DNA of 47,179 nucleotides from contig JAQYLW010000082.1 in assembly GCA_028719825.1 (NCBI GenBank), forward strand, positions 1 to 47,179. The letters are read 5' to 3'. A program made the translations under genes and the position numbers. Under the pieces are notes generated by a model that had not been told where the DNA came from, did not search any database, and saw only the letters and a list, made by a program, of their open reading frames with translations. This DNA comes from Spirochaetales bacterium. Lineage in GTDB: Bacteria; Spirochaetota; Spirochaetia; Sphaerochaetales; Sphaerochaetaceae. Shown one piece after another: positions 1-10,900 of the stretch; positions within the stretch are counted from its first letter, which is position 1; every line of letters starts with the position of its first letter.

Positions 1-496
1 ATACTGAGAAGCCAATCACAATTACTATGAACATCCAAAGTACCATTCTGAATGGAAATGCGCCGTTTGGTGGAGTTGTGAGCGTTTCAAAGTAGGTTGC
101 AACGCCTTGGGGATCAAGATTTTGGAAGTCGCCACGGACAAACGCGATGAAGTAACTGATCATCCATCCGCCTATAACCGTGTAGAACATCATAAGTAGA
201 TAGTTGCCCGCTATTGCAAAGAAGTTGTGATAGTGCCAGTGGGTACCCTTTGGTTCAAGCGCCTTGAATGCGCCTCCCATACCCTTTCTACTTGCTCTTC
301 CAACGGCGAACTCCATCACCATTATTGGAAGTCCAAACATAACTAAAAACAATAGGTATAACAACACGAATGCAGCACCGCCGTACTTACCTGTGATATA
401 AGGAAATCTCCAAACGTTACCAAGTCCAATCGCACAACCTGCTGACAAAAACAAAAAGCCGAGCCTACTGCCCAGCGTTTCTCGATTATCGGACAT
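1..496 (-). CDS. Sodium-dependent transporter, neurotransmitter:sodium symporter (NSS/SNF) family; N-terminal ~165 codons only, gene runs off the window start
   Basis: Own translation of the minus strand from ATG at 496..494 gives MSDNRETLGSRLGFLFLSAGCAIGLGNVWRFPYITGKYGGAAFVLLYLLFLVMFGLPIMVMEFAVGR... GLGNVWRFPY followed by GLPxxxxEFxxGR is the TM1/TM2 signature of the NSS family. The frame stays open to base 1, so it is absent from the supplied ORF track. Confidence 0.8.
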   Translation of the reverse strand, partial: MSDNRETLGSRLGFLFLSAGCAIGLGNVWRFPYITGKYGGAAFVLLYLLFLVMFGLPIMVMEFAVGRASRKGMGGAFKALEPKGTHWHYHNFFAIAGNYLLMMFYTVIGGWMISYFIAFVRGDFQNLDPQGVATYFETLTTPPNGAFPFRMVLWMFIVIVIGFSV

Positions 497-532
497 ACAG
501 TGTCCCTCACTTCAATTAGTGTTTTACGGTAA

Positions 533-604
533 TGACCCCTGTAAGGATTGAACTTACGACATCCACCACGTCAAGGTGGCGCTCTCCCGCTGAGCTAAAG
601 GGCC
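533..604 (-). tRNA. tRNA-Val (anticodon GAC)
   Basis: The reverse complement reads GGCCCTT-TA-GCTC-AGCGGGA-GAGC-G-CCACC-TTGACGT-GGTGG-ATGTC-GTAAG-TTCAATC-CTTAC-AGGGGTC-A. This is a full cloverleaf with a 7-bp acceptor stem (two G-U pairs), a GAC anticodon in a 7-nt loop, a TTCAATC T-loop and discriminator A. No CCA is encoded. Confidence 0.85.
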
Positions 605-723
605 ATACACTTTTATTATAGCGTAAAAGCGATGTTTTTTTCAATAAAATAAGGCTGCGGTTTTTCAACAGACCATTTATGGCGTTTTATTCACTACCCT
701 ATTTATATACAAGGGGAAAAGCA

Positions 724-3339
724 ATGAAGATATTGAAATTACTGCATTTGTTTGTTATTTCCGTTTTAATTGTTTCATGCGGCAAAGAAACAACTAAAAT
801 AATAAAAATTACTCCTCAGAATATGAGCAGGGATATTGTTCATACAGAAGAATCTAAGGAGTATTTTTATTATAAAAAGGATCAATCGCACGACATGCTG
901 ACTCTTAAAGCCGTATGTTTAACCTCAAATATGAACATTGATAAAAACAGCAATGTAGCATGGCAGGTAGAATACAAAAACAAGCTTCTCCCCTTGCCCA
1001 TATATACAGAAAAAGGCGATCCGATGTTTGTTCAAAACAACAGCGAATTAACGGTTTTTTTATCAAACGTGAACAACCTTGGTCAATATACGGTAAAAGC
1101 TTATTCGGATAACGGACGATGTGAATACGCTAATATTTCAGTGCTTTCACCGTATAAATTATCCTCATCAATTGTAGTTGATTCAAACGATTTAAAGCAT
1201 AAAATAGCCGTAGGTGACAACACTACTCTTGTTAGGGGAAAAACATATTCATTCCGTTTAACAAACGCCCTCTCCTTTGGAAACGTAACGTGGTCTGTTT
1301 ACGGAGGAAATAAAAACGATGCACTTATTTTAAACAATAGTTTTACGGATAATAACATCGCTCGTGTTGGTCTTTCAAACATTAATACCTATGGGGATGA
1401 GGCTGTATTCCTCAGCCTGTCCGACGAACAAACAGCATCCCATGTTTTTCTTACTGCAAGCACTCCTTATGAAAGCCATACCATCACCATAAACGCCATT
1501 CCCCCAAAAACAGACCTATCATTACCCTGTCCTACATTTGCACCTTTTCCTATTATTAACGGGTATGAAATAAGAGTTTTTATGCCATCGGATGTAAAAA
1601 ACGAACAATACATCTTAGAAATATCCGAGAACAACAGCTCTGTTTGGAATGAGGTTGAAACAAACGAAAACGGCTATTATGCAAAAATCATCACAAGAGA
1701 GGGATCATTCAATGTTGATGAAACCATAATTATTAAGGCAAGAATTAAGGATACCAAAACAGAAAGCATAGGAAAAACATCAAGTATAGAATTGCTTTTG
1801 GAATCGTTCCCCGGCACTGTAAAGTTTTCCACACTCCCTGCACCGCTATTGTTGCCAAACGCAGAACTTAGTGACGAAGAATGGGAAAATTATTCTTCTG
1901 AGCTGTTCACTCTGAACATCTCATCTTCGTTTGATGATATAAAAAACATAGCACATAAAGATACTCTCCTCGCCTCATCACAATTTGAAATATATAAAAA
2001 ACAAAACCCAAATGCAGAAAAAGAAGTTGTCCTTTCAAGGGCGATTTTAAACGACGACAACGAACTTGTTGATTATAACGTACGGCTCCCAATGTACAAC
2101 GAAAATGATAAGTGCATTTATTATGGGCATTCTAAACTTGTAAAAGGCTTTGCTCCGCGCGCAATAGTAGAGGGCATGGATACTTTTGATGTAAACAATA
2201 TAACCGATATATATTCGGATATTAACATAGTCCCTTATGTATTCTCCTTTGATAAACAAAATGCATACTACAGAATAGCAATTCCTTTAAATACAGCAAT
2301 ACTGCCACAGGAAAACTCTTGGGTTCTTGCAATGCACTATAGAAATACTCAAGAAAACAAAGAAGAATTTGTTGTTTTAAGAGGAGTGGATTTTAAAAAT
2401 GAAGATGGATTTTTGGTTCATATGCTTAGTGATAAAAACGGTGATCCTATTATTTTAAAAACAAACTCTCCCGACGAACAGATTAGATTAATGCTATTGC
2501 CCTCCTCCCGTATTGTAGGAGATGTGTATTATGCCCCTTATACGCAACATTTTGATAACTCCATATGGTGGAACTCAACGCTTAATTCAGAGTATATGGA
2601 ACAGCACGTTATTATAAAAACAAATGATGAAGTTCAGCGCTATACAAATAAACGCATCGCTCAAATTGCGCTTATCGCCCCATCGGTAAAAGCAGAATAT
2701 GCGATAGATAAAAATAGCACATCATCATTAGAACTCCTTTCGTGGCATTCTGTTAATTTTACATCATCAAATAACACAGAAATCAGCCTTTTTGAAAAGG
2801 AACACGCTGAAGGAACTCTGTATGTAAGAGTTACTTCTTTAAATACAAAAAAGTTTTATATTGTTGCAGAATCCGTTTCTCTCATTCCATGCAGAGATAT
2901 ATGCCTTAAAGACTACAAAAGCATTAGTAAAAACGATCCTTACGGAAAACATGCATACAAATCTATACAAGTAAACCTTGAATCACTACACCCATATATG
3001 GAGTGTGAATATGTTTATACATTTTCCTCAAGCCACAGTGATAACGGAGGAGGCGGAGGAAGTAGCCACTATACAACCCAATGGAAGAAATATGAAAAAG
3101 GATTATATCCGTTAGAACTGTATAAATACCAATATGATGATAATGGACACACTGCATCCTCATCCGGTTATGATAAAACGTTTTATATTTTATTGCGAGA
3201 TGCAGGGTATATAGACAATACATTATATTTCTCATCGGATACCGTTATTAAAAAGACTCCTTTTACTAACGGAATAAAACTTCCGGAATACTTTTCTTAC
3301 AGAAATGATATTATCGATATATCGGATGAAAACCTATGA
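724..3339 (+). CDS. Large hypothetical lipoprotein (871 aa), N/S/T-rich, probably built of beta-rich Ig-like modules
   Basis: ORF 679..3339. The likely true start is the ATG at 724, preceded by AAGGGG. The N-terminus MKILKLLHLFVISVLIVSC|GKE is a signal peptide plus lipobox Cys. I recognise no catalytic motif. There is a G5 linker (DNGGGGGSS) near the C-terminus. Confidence 0.7.
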   Translation: MKILKLLHLFVISVLIVSCGKETTKIIKITPQNMSRDIVHTEESKEYFYYKKDQSHDMLTLKAVCLTSNMNIDKNSNVAWQVEYKNKLLPLPIYTEKGDPMFVQNNSELTVFLSNVNNLGQYTVKAYSDNGRCEYANISVLSPYKLSSSIVVDSNDLKHKIAVGDNTTLVRGKTYSFRLTNALSFGNVTWSVYGGNKNDALILNNSFTDNNIARVGLSNINTYGDEAVFLSLSDEQTASHVFLTASTPYESHTITINAIPPKTDLSLPCPTFAPFPIINGYEIRVFMPSDVKNEQYILEISENNSSVWNEVETNENGYYAKIITREGSFNVDETIIIKARIKDTKTESIGKTSSIELLLESFPGTVKFSTLPAPLLLPNAELSDEEWENYSSELFTLNISSSFDDIKNIAHKDTLLASSQFEIYKKQNPNAEKEVVLSRAILNDDNELVDYNVRLPMYNENDKCIYYGHSKLVKGFAPRAIVEGMDTFDVNNITDIYSDINIVPYVFSFDKQNAYYRIAIPLNTAILPQENSWVLAMHYRNTQENKEEFVVLRGVDFKNEDGFLVHMLSDKNGDPIILKTNSPDEQIRLMLLPSSRIVGDVYYAPYTQHFDNSIWWNSTLNSEYMEQHVIIKTNDEVQRYTNKRIAQIALIAPSVKAEYAIDKNSTSSLELLSWHSVNFTSSNNTEISLFEKEHAEGTLYVRVTSLNTKKFYIVAESVSLIPCRDICLKDYKSISKNDPYGKHAYKSIQVNLESLHPYMECEYVYTFSSSHSDNGGGGGSSHYTTQWKKYEKGLYPLELYKYQYDDNGHTASSSGYDKTFYILLRDAGYIDNTLYFSSDTVIKKTPFTNGIKLPEYFSYRNDIIDISDENL

Positions 3340-5474
3340 GAAAGATCCCTATCCTGTTTTTTATAGTTTTCCCACTCTTTGTTTCATGTCCTTACGGCAT
3401 ATTTGATCTTTTAAAGCCCAACAATAGCACAATTAACGCTTATATAAACGGAAAGGAATTATATAGTACGGGATATGAGGGCAATATTTATAAAATAAAC
3501 ATAGACGAGAATCCTCACGATTACCTTGTTCTAATAGCACAACACTATAAAGACGAAGTAATAAGAGATTTCCCGTTCACATGGGTTTCGGATACAATTT
3601 CGTTCCAAGCAATAGGCTATAATTCCAACAGCATAGGTGTGGGGATAACAAACAAGCTTGAACCCGGATTGCATACAATTACTGCCCGTTCATCCGTTTC
3701 CGACGAGCTGTCAAAAACGTTTAAACTGTATGTTGTAAGCGAAACAAACTCCATAAGTGCAAAATATAATATAAGCGATGACTTTGTTCCGCTTGAAGGG
3801 GTTGATTACACCAATTTGTTATCAGGTGAAGTAACAACCGCCACAAGTCAAATATCGCTAATGTACGGATACAGATATATATTTTCCATAACACAAGCAG
3901 AGGGCAACAGTATAGACAATTACACATTTTCATGTACTGATAACGTTAATGAAAACGGAGAAACTGTTGTATATTGGGACTATAATGGCATGGAATACTC
4001 GCTTGTTGTGTCCTCTAATGTATTTGACATAAATCACAAGCCACGGGCAACAATAACGCACAATCAGTCTAACCTATCACTATCCTTTTCAATAGATATA
4101 AAAAGAATCATAGGCACTGACATTACCGAAATAGAAAAAGATGTAAGCAACGACAAATACATTTCATTAAATGTTGATGACGGACAAAGGAGCTTTAAAA
4201 TAAATTTCAATAATGAACTGCCCTCATCTACTGTTATTTATGCATGCCTTCCTATTGCGGATGACAAGGAATTGACAGACGACTATGTATTAAGCAATAC
4301 GGATATCGTATGGTCTGATAATCACACGTTCAATGCCTATTATAAAAAAGACACAGTGCCTGTTACTTACTTCTCTTTAAGCTTTGACGGACAGGAGAGA
4401 ACTTTTACTATATCCCCCTATTTAAATACAGTAAATCAAGAGAATAAGAATATTAACTTCTATCTTTATTTAAAAGAAGAAAACGGCACATATTTAGGCA
4501 AATGGAAAATTACAGTAGGAGGAGTGATAGAAAGAATAGAAACAAACAAACAACAAATAAATGAAAAAGTGAACTCCTCAAGTTCAATATGTGCAACAAT
4601 TTATCCCGAAAACGCCTCAGGGAGCGTTATATGGTATCTTTCCGAAACTCCGTACAAATCAGTTATTATCGATAAAAAAACAATAAAAAAAGCACCTGAT
4701 ATTACCAAAGATACCATTTTAAACAACCTTGTATATATGACAGGAGAAGAAATAAATAACGGCAGCAAAACAAGCATTCCCCTTATGAATGGCAACACCT
4801 CCGAGCTTTTATTCTCATTAGGAGGAATAAACGGCAAAGCATACCTGATTGCCCTTGCCGAAAACACAAATGACGAAATATTCAAAGCAATACCGGTTAT
4901 CGTAAGCGCAAACGGAGAAATATCAATTCGTTCTGAAGTCGGCGTTTATTCTTCAATAACAGATTCAAATGGCAATATATTGGAATTTGATAAGTATTCG
5001 GATGAAAACGATACACTCTTAAAACTCCCCGACAGGGCTGTACAGGAATATCCGCATACAGCCGAAAACGGCAAATACGGTCCGTCGGTAAGAACCTTCT
5101 ATTTTCCACACAACAAGGAGAGCTCCGTTATAATTTCTACTGTTTCTTCTTCAGAAAAAATAAAATGGAGCTCTTTACCCTACAGGAACGAAATAACGGA
5201 CATTCGTGAGATAAAAGACGGTTCTGTGTTAAAACTCATAGTTACTCCTCTGTGGTTCACTCATACAAAAAATGCATTGAAAGACCACTCCCTAACGCTT
5301 CCCCCTCAAAATAAAGAGGACAATAACGAAGAGAGCCTTGCGGCATATCAGCATTTTGAAGACTACCTTGGAATAACATATATAGATTTAAGCAGCGACT
5401 ACAATCAAAACGAAGTTCTGTGCAGAATACGAATAATTATTTATGATGCAACCGTTTATTCTCAACAGCGTTGA
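3336..5474 (+). CDS. Large hypothetical lipoprotein (712 aa), same style as the upstream gene
   Basis: ATGA stop/start overlap with the previous gene at 3336..3339. The N-terminus MRKIPILFFIVFPLFVSC|PYG is a signal peptide plus lipobox. No recognisable enzymatic motif. Confidence 0.7.
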   Translation: MRKIPILFFIVFPLFVSCPYGIFDLLKPNNSTINAYINGKELYSTGYEGNIYKINIDENPHDYLVLIAQHYKDEVIRDFPFTWVSDTISFQAIGYNSNSIGVGITNKLEPGLHTITARSSVSDELSKTFKLYVVSETNSISAKYNISDDFVPLEGVDYTNLLSGEVTTATSQISLMYGYRYIFSITQAEGNSIDNYTFSCTDNVNENGETVVYWDYNGMEYSLVVSSNVFDINHKPRATITHNQSNLSLSFSIDIKRIIGTDITEIEKDVSNDKYISLNVDDGQRSFKINFNNELPSSTVIYACLPIADDKELTDDYVLSNTDIVWSDNHTFNAYYKKDTVPVTYFSLSFDGQERTFTISPYLNTVNQENKNINFYLYLKEENGTYLGKWKITVGGVIERIETNKQQINEKVNSSSSICATIYPENASGSVIWYLSETPYKSVIIDKKTIKKAPDITKDTILNNLVYMTGEEINNGSKTSIPLMNGNTSELLFSLGGINGKAYLIALAENTNDEIFKAIPVIVSANGEISIRSEVGVYSSITDSNGNILEFDKYSDENDTLLKLPDRAVQEYPHTAENGKYGPSVRTFYFPHNKESSVIISTVSSSEKIKWSSLPYRNEITDIREIKDGSVLKLIVTPLWFTHTKNALKDHSLTLPPQNKEDNNEESLAAYQHFEDYLGITYIDLSSDYNQNEVLCRIRIIIYDATVYSQQR

Positions 5475-6624
5475 TATATCGTTTTTCAACTATATCTATA
5501 ATATCGTTCCATGTAGAATAGATGGTTTCATACGCCTTATCACCTATTTTTTGCTTCTCTTCGCTGTTGTTCAATGCATACTCTATAGCATCAGCAATAG
5601 CTTCGGGCGTGTCCTCTGCCAAATATCCGTTATACTTATCTTTAACACCTTCCGATGTTACGGAGCCTTTGCCAAAAAGCGTAGGTACATGGAAAAACGC
5701 CGCCTCACGCTTTACAATACATGCCGCATCGTAATATGAAGGGAAAACAAAAAGATAAGAAATAGCGTACAATCCGGCGATAATCTTTCTGTCCGTTATC
5801 AAGCCCAAAAATCTTACGATATCTTCCATTTTGTTATTTTTCACAAACGCCATGTACTTATTCATATGCGGGCCTTGTCCGACAAACAATGCTTTGAATT
5901 TTATGCCCCTGTCTAAGAGTATCTTATATGCGCTAAGAATATTCGGAATGTTCTTTTTATCATGATGTTGTCCTATGAACAACAGAATAGGCTCGCTGAT
6001 ATTTTGCCCTAAAAATTCAAGAGCGGCTTTTTTACTCTCCTCTATTTCTGTTTGAGTTAATACGAGTTCACAGGCATTTTCACATACGCCTACATTCTTC
6101 AGATTATACGGCGGTTGCTCAAAAAGCATTCTGGTATAATTGCTCACTGCCCACAATTCATCACAGTATTTGAATTCCTTTAGGATCAGCTTTAGAATAA
6201 GCGAGGCTAAGGGTTTAAAATTAAATGTTGCTGATTTTATATCTTTGTCGAATTGCGAATGCAGCGTTCCTATTAGAGGTATGTTTTTTCTTTTTGCAAT
6301 TCTGCGCCCAAGACGCCCCATATAAAAAGGTGAATGAATGTGTATGATATCAAAAGGAATTGACATCAGTTCTTTATATGATTTATGCGAGGTATGTATA
6401 ATACCGTAAGGTTTTGAAAAAACACACGGGATAACGGGCAATCGGTAAGTAAAGTCCCAGCCTTTTTCTTCGTCATATCCGGATTCTTTTGCTTTGTTAT
6501 AGTTTCCGCATACAACATAAACAGTATGCCCTTTATCCTTAAGATTCAGGGCATAATTCAATACTACGTTTGCCACTCCGTCCATAAACGGAGGGAAAAC
6601 GTCAACAAACAATCCAATAACCAT
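5437..6624 (-). CDS. Glycosyltransferase family 4 (alMGS-like; possible diacylglycerol glycosyltransferase / glycolipid synthase)
   Basis: N-terminus MVIGLFVDVFPPFMDGVANVV (GT4 N-domain), HIHSPF, and a C-terminal GT-B nucleotide-sugar region ...VFPSYYDAACIVKREAAFFHVPTL. The 3' end overlaps the convergent lipoprotein gene by 38 bp. Confidence 0.75.
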   Translation of the reverse strand: MVIGLFVDVFPPFMDGVANVVLNYALNLKDKGHTVYVVCGNYNKAKESGYDEEKGWDFTYRLPVIPCVFSKPYGIIHTSHKSYKELMSIPFDIIHIHSPFYMGRLGRRIAKRKNIPLIGTLHSQFDKDIKSATFNFKPLASLILKLILKEFKYCDELWAVSNYTRMLFEQPPYNLKNVGVCENACELVLTQTEIEESKKAALEFLGQNISEPILLFIGQHHDKKNIPNILSAYKILLDRGIKFKALFVGQGPHMNKYMAFVKNNKMEDIVRFLGLITDRKIIAGLYAISYLFVFPSYYDAACIVKREAAFFHVPTLFGKGSVTSEGVKDKYNGYLAEDTPEAIADAIEYALNNSEEKQKIGDKAYETIYSTWNDIIDIVEKRYINAVENKRLHHK

Positions 6625-6640
6625 AATTCAAGTATATGTT

Positions 6641-7984
6641 TTATGGTTTAATTTTATCTACAACTTTCCAAAGTTTAGCAGAAACCTTAGCAGCTTTTGC
6701 AAATATCTTCTCTTTGTCTATACCAACCAAAACATGGTTCTCCATTCGTACAGATCCATTGATAATTACGCTTTCAACTGCATTTGAACTCATTCCCCAA
6801 ACAAAGTGGCTTGCAGCATTCTCTTTTACAAGTGGGGTGGGGTTTTGATAGTTGTAAATAACAAGATCCGCAACATATCCTTTTTCAACCCTACCGAATT
6901 TTCTTCCATAATACATTTCAAGAAGTTTATTTGCACGGGTAAGCGCCCTGAGATAATCAGATGGCCACCATGGACCGCCGTTATCCTTGTGTTTAAAGAA
7001 TCCTATTTTTATCTCTTCAAACATATTTCCGCCACAGCCGTCTGTTCCCAAAATCAAATTGTCAATTTTAGGAAGAACACGACAATAACCCACATGGTTA
7101 TTCATATTACTTCTGGGGTTGTGTGCAAAGAAACACTTATGCGCATTGATAATATCGGCTTCTTCGTCGCTAAGATGCAATCCATGAACCAACAGAGTAT
7201 TTGATGAAAGTAAATCAAACGATTCAAGGCGTTTTACAATGTCTTTGTTGTAGTGGTGATGAGAATGTACAACATCGTATTTATCCTCTGCTATATGAAG
7301 ATGCATTCCTCTTTTTGTCTGTTTGCATGCTTTGGACATAAGCTTTAGACCTTCATCAGGAATCGTAAACGGAGCGTGTCCACCGATCATAGCTTCACAA
7401 AGAGCAGCTGTACCGTTTTTCTTTTTATCCTCATCACATTCTTTTGCAAATCTTACGTTTTCGGCAACACCTTCTTCTACCTCAGCCATACCGCGGTTTC
7501 TGTCGGTGACTTCATAACAGGTAAGTCCCCTTAAACCTGTTTCTTTCAAACCTTTTGCTATTGTAGAAAGGCTACCCTCAATATAAGACGGAGAAGCGTG
7601 ATGGTCTATTACTGACGTGGTTCCGGCTTCAATGGCTTCTATTGAACAGATAAGAGATGAATAATAGCAACTCTCCTCCTGAAGTCCCCTGTCAAGGCGC
7701 CACCACCATTCTTTAAGAACTTGGATAAAATCGGTTTGCGGACCCGCGGAAATAAGCATTCCGCGAGATAAACCGCTATAGTAATGATGATGTCCACAAA
7801 CGTTTCCACTCATCACCGTTCTGTTTTTACCATCGATAACCTTATCTGCCTTAACGTCCTTAGCGGCATTAGGGCCAACTGCGGCTATCTTATCATCTTT
7901 GATAACTATATCAACGCCTTCAAGAACCTCAATAGGCTCCATTGTTTGAACAACTCGTGTATTTTTAATTACTATCGTACTCAT
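6641..7984 (-). CDS. ssnA: Putative aminohydrolase SsnA (amidohydrolase superfamily, chlorohydrolase/deaminase-like)
   Basis: Long stretches match the E. coli SsnA sequence as I recall it: HHHYYSGLSRGM, WWWRLDRGL, SVIDHHASPSYIEGSL, HAPFTIPDEGL, NPRSNMNNHVGY, GTDGCGGNMFEE. It lies immediately downstream of ygfK, as in E. coli. Confidence 0.8.
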   Translation of the reverse strand: MSTIVIKNTRVVQTMEPIEVLEGVDIVIKDDKIAAVGPNAAKDVKADKVIDGKNRTVMSGNVCGHHHYYSGLSRGMLISAGPQTDFIQVLKEWWWRLDRGLQEESCYYSSLICSIEAIEAGTTSVIDHHASPSYIEGSLSTIAKGLKETGLRGLTCYEVTDRNRGMAEVEEGVAENVRFAKECDEDKKKNGTAALCEAMIGGHAPFTIPDEGLKLMSKACKQTKRGMHLHIAEDKYDVVHSHHHYNKDIVKRLESFDLLSSNTLLVHGLHLSDEEADIINAHKCFFAHNPRSNMNNHVGYCRVLPKIDNLILGTDGCGGNMFEEIKIGFFKHKDNGGPWWPSDYLRALTRANKLLEMYYGRKFGRVEKGYVADLVIYNYQNPTPLVKENAASHFVWGMSSNAVESVIINGSVRMENHVLVGIDKEKIFAKAAKVSAKLWKVVDKIKP

Positions 7985-7985
7985 A

Positions 7986-10900
7986 TCAGTCTCCTACAGG
8001 TCCAATCAGGTATTTATAATCCTTGACAATCTTTGATATTAATGCCTTTGTTTTTACCGAAAGCTTTGCATTAAGATCAAACTGTCCCTTGTGGTAAGTA
8101 GTTACAATAGAATTGCCGTTTTCTCTTACCATAAGCGTATCGCCATGCAAATAGAATCCGTCGTTGTTTGAATTTCTAAAATCTTCCTCTCGTGAGAATA
8201 CGGTGAATTTATCATGGTAGGGTTCACCGTCTACATAAGGACAGAACGTTGCACAGTTACCGCATTCGTTACAATAAGCATCAATGTGGATAACCTGATG
8301 TGGCTTTGTAAATAACTCGGCATCCTTGTCGTCTGTAAATTCAATAACAGCATTTGCTCTGTTTGGACACACATCAACGCACTTCTCACAGCGAGTTGAA
8401 CAGTCCATACATCTATGGCCTTCTCTTACGGCAAAATCACTGTCATTGAAGGAAGCAATTTTTGTGCATACATTAGCCCTTCTTACAGCCAAATCACCGC
8501 TACATGAAACGCTCTCTGATCTTTCCGGAATAACAGGAGCATCCTGACCGTATGCTTTTTTGATTATATCGTTTACGGCTTTACGAGCTGTACTGACTGC
8601 ACGGATAACCGATGAAGCACCGGTAGCCATATCACCAAGAACATAAACACCCTGAACGCTTGACTCATATGTGCATTTGTTGAATTCTGGGCGACCTTTT
8701 TCATCTGTTGTTATTCCTGCTTCTTTAAGAGCTTCAGAATCAACTTTTTCACCAATTGCCGCAATTATAAAGTCGCACGGTATATTGAATCTTTCATCCG
8801 TTGCTTCCGGAGATCTGCGTCCTGAGGAATCCTTTTCACCAAGAACCATTCTCATGCATTCAAGGTTGCCTTCAGTCTGCTTTGCAGGACATGCAAGGAA
8901 CTCAAATTTAATTCCTTCTTCAAGTGCTTCTTCATATTCCAATTTATCGGCAGGCATTTCATCTACGGTTCTTCTGTACACAACAGTTACCGTTTCTACA
9001 CCATTTACACGCTTTGCAACACGTGCAGCATCCATTGCAGAGTTTCCGGCCCCTACTACAACAACGTGTTTTCCGATAAATACGTTAGATGGGCGTTTGC
9101 GGTATTCTCTAAGGAATGAAAGAGCATCCATAGTGCGTGATGAATCACCGCGTCCCTGAAGTTTATTCTCTTTCTCCGCTCCTATTCCATAAAGAATATA
9201 TTCATAGCCTGCATCTTTAAGTGCCTGAACGGAAAGTCTTTCATTCGGAACATTATAGTGGAATGTAGCTCCCAACCTTTCTGCGTGTTCTACATCCGCT
9301 TCTATGGCTTCTTTTGCAATTCGGAAATCAGGAATTACATAGCGAACCGTACCGCCTGCCTCTGCCTCTCTTTCAAACACCTCTGCTTTGAAGCCGGCTT
9401 CCGAAAGGAAGGTAGCTGCTGAAATTCCTGCAGGACCTGCACCAACAACAGCAACACGAGGACCTGTAAGTTCTTTCTTTGATACTTCAGCTTCATATGC
9501 ATCCATACCGTTTTGTACTGCCACTTTCTTAATATCTCTGATAGAAATAGACTTACCTTCGTAGTCAAGGCGAGAGCAGTTGTACTGACATTTGTGATCA
9601 CATATTTCACAGGTGATATTAGGAAGTGCATTATATTTGTAAAGTGTTTCTACAGCGCCCTTATAATCGCCTTCTGCAACCTGTGCAACGTATTTTGCAA
9701 CATCCTGATTGACAGGACATGCTACATCACATGGAGCAACATAACAATCTTCACGAGGCAGTTGTCTGTCAACCTTAACTGGTTTTGTTCCTCTGAATGC
9801 CTTGTTTATGTACTTGTTGCTTAATGCTTCGTTTGCTACATATGAAATGGTATCTATATCTATTCTTCCATCCTCAACATTCCAATAAGCATCATCTACT
9901 CCGTCAAGAAGTTCATTCATCTGCTTAAGTCTGTTGTATCCACCCGGATGAAGCATATCGGTTGCAAGCGTAATAGGACGAATACCGGCCTTGAACAAAT
10001 CAGCTACGGTAAATATGTTTGCTCCACCCGAATATGAAAGCGGAAGCTGTCCGTTAAATTCCTTAGAAAGCATTGCTGCAAGATTTGTAGCAATCGGGAA
10101 CAACGCACGTCCTGACATGTACATCTCTGCTCCGGGAAGCTGTCCCTGATCGTTTACCGATGCAAGAGTGTTTGTTAATTTTACACCAAATCTGAGTCCG
10201 TCATTTTTGGCAACATCAATAAGGCGGCGAATCATAACAAGGGCATCGCCATATTGCAAATCGTGTTCAAACGTTTCTCTTTTAAGTCCAATGTACTTGT
10301 AACCAAGATTATCAAGAATCTCTCTTACTCTATCGTAACCCAAAAGCGTAGGATTGAGTTTTACGAAAATTGATATCTTCTTAACGTCCAGCATGTATCT
10401 GGCAATCTGTTCAATCTCTACAGGAGGACAACCGTGCATCGTTGAAATGGTAGCACTTGTGGCAACCCTTGAACTGATTTTTGATGAAAGACCGCCTCTT
10501 AATTTCTCACCGGCTTCTTCCCAGTCAGTTCCCTGAACATAATCTGATGTACGAAGAAGTTCATCCAATTTCTCTAAATAAGAGTTGTAGTACGAATCGG
10601 ATGAAGCATCAATCATGCGATCGATAAACTCCTGCATCCTTGGGTTTTTAATACCTTCAAGGTTGTATCCGACTGACATATTGAACAGGAACGAAGGTTT
10701 TTCAAATTCTCCGCCGTTCATAAGAGCTTCAAGAAGATGGCAGATTATCCAAGCTTTGTAATACTCATCACGAGCTTTCAAAAGCGTGTATTCTGTTGAC
10801 CATTCAACATTGTACCCTTCATCACGAGCATCAATACATGGTTTTTCAATTTCAAGACGATCCATTATCTGAACCGTTTTGAGTTCCATAAATCGTCCGC

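Noticed and set aside
679-723. N-terminal extensions of track ORFs: 679..723, 26490..26567, 32685..32747, 42131..42169, 46176..46295
   Set aside because: In each case an internal ATG with a good SD gives a sensible N-terminus (a signal peptide or a conserved start). The extension would overlap the neighbouring gene or promoter.
6806-7204. 132-aa plus-strand ORF antisense to ssnA
   Set aside because: It is fully contained in ssnA, which matches the SsnA family along its length. There is no independent support.
8671-9159. 162-aa plus-strand ORF inside ygfK, together with similar antisense ORFs at 8326..8547, 9513..9824 and 10354..10536
   Set aside because: They lie entirely within a well-supported minus-strand gene with strong family motifs. 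The products are low-complexity and S/P/R-rich. There is no RBS. This is the typical antisense open frame seen in a relatively GC-rich gene.
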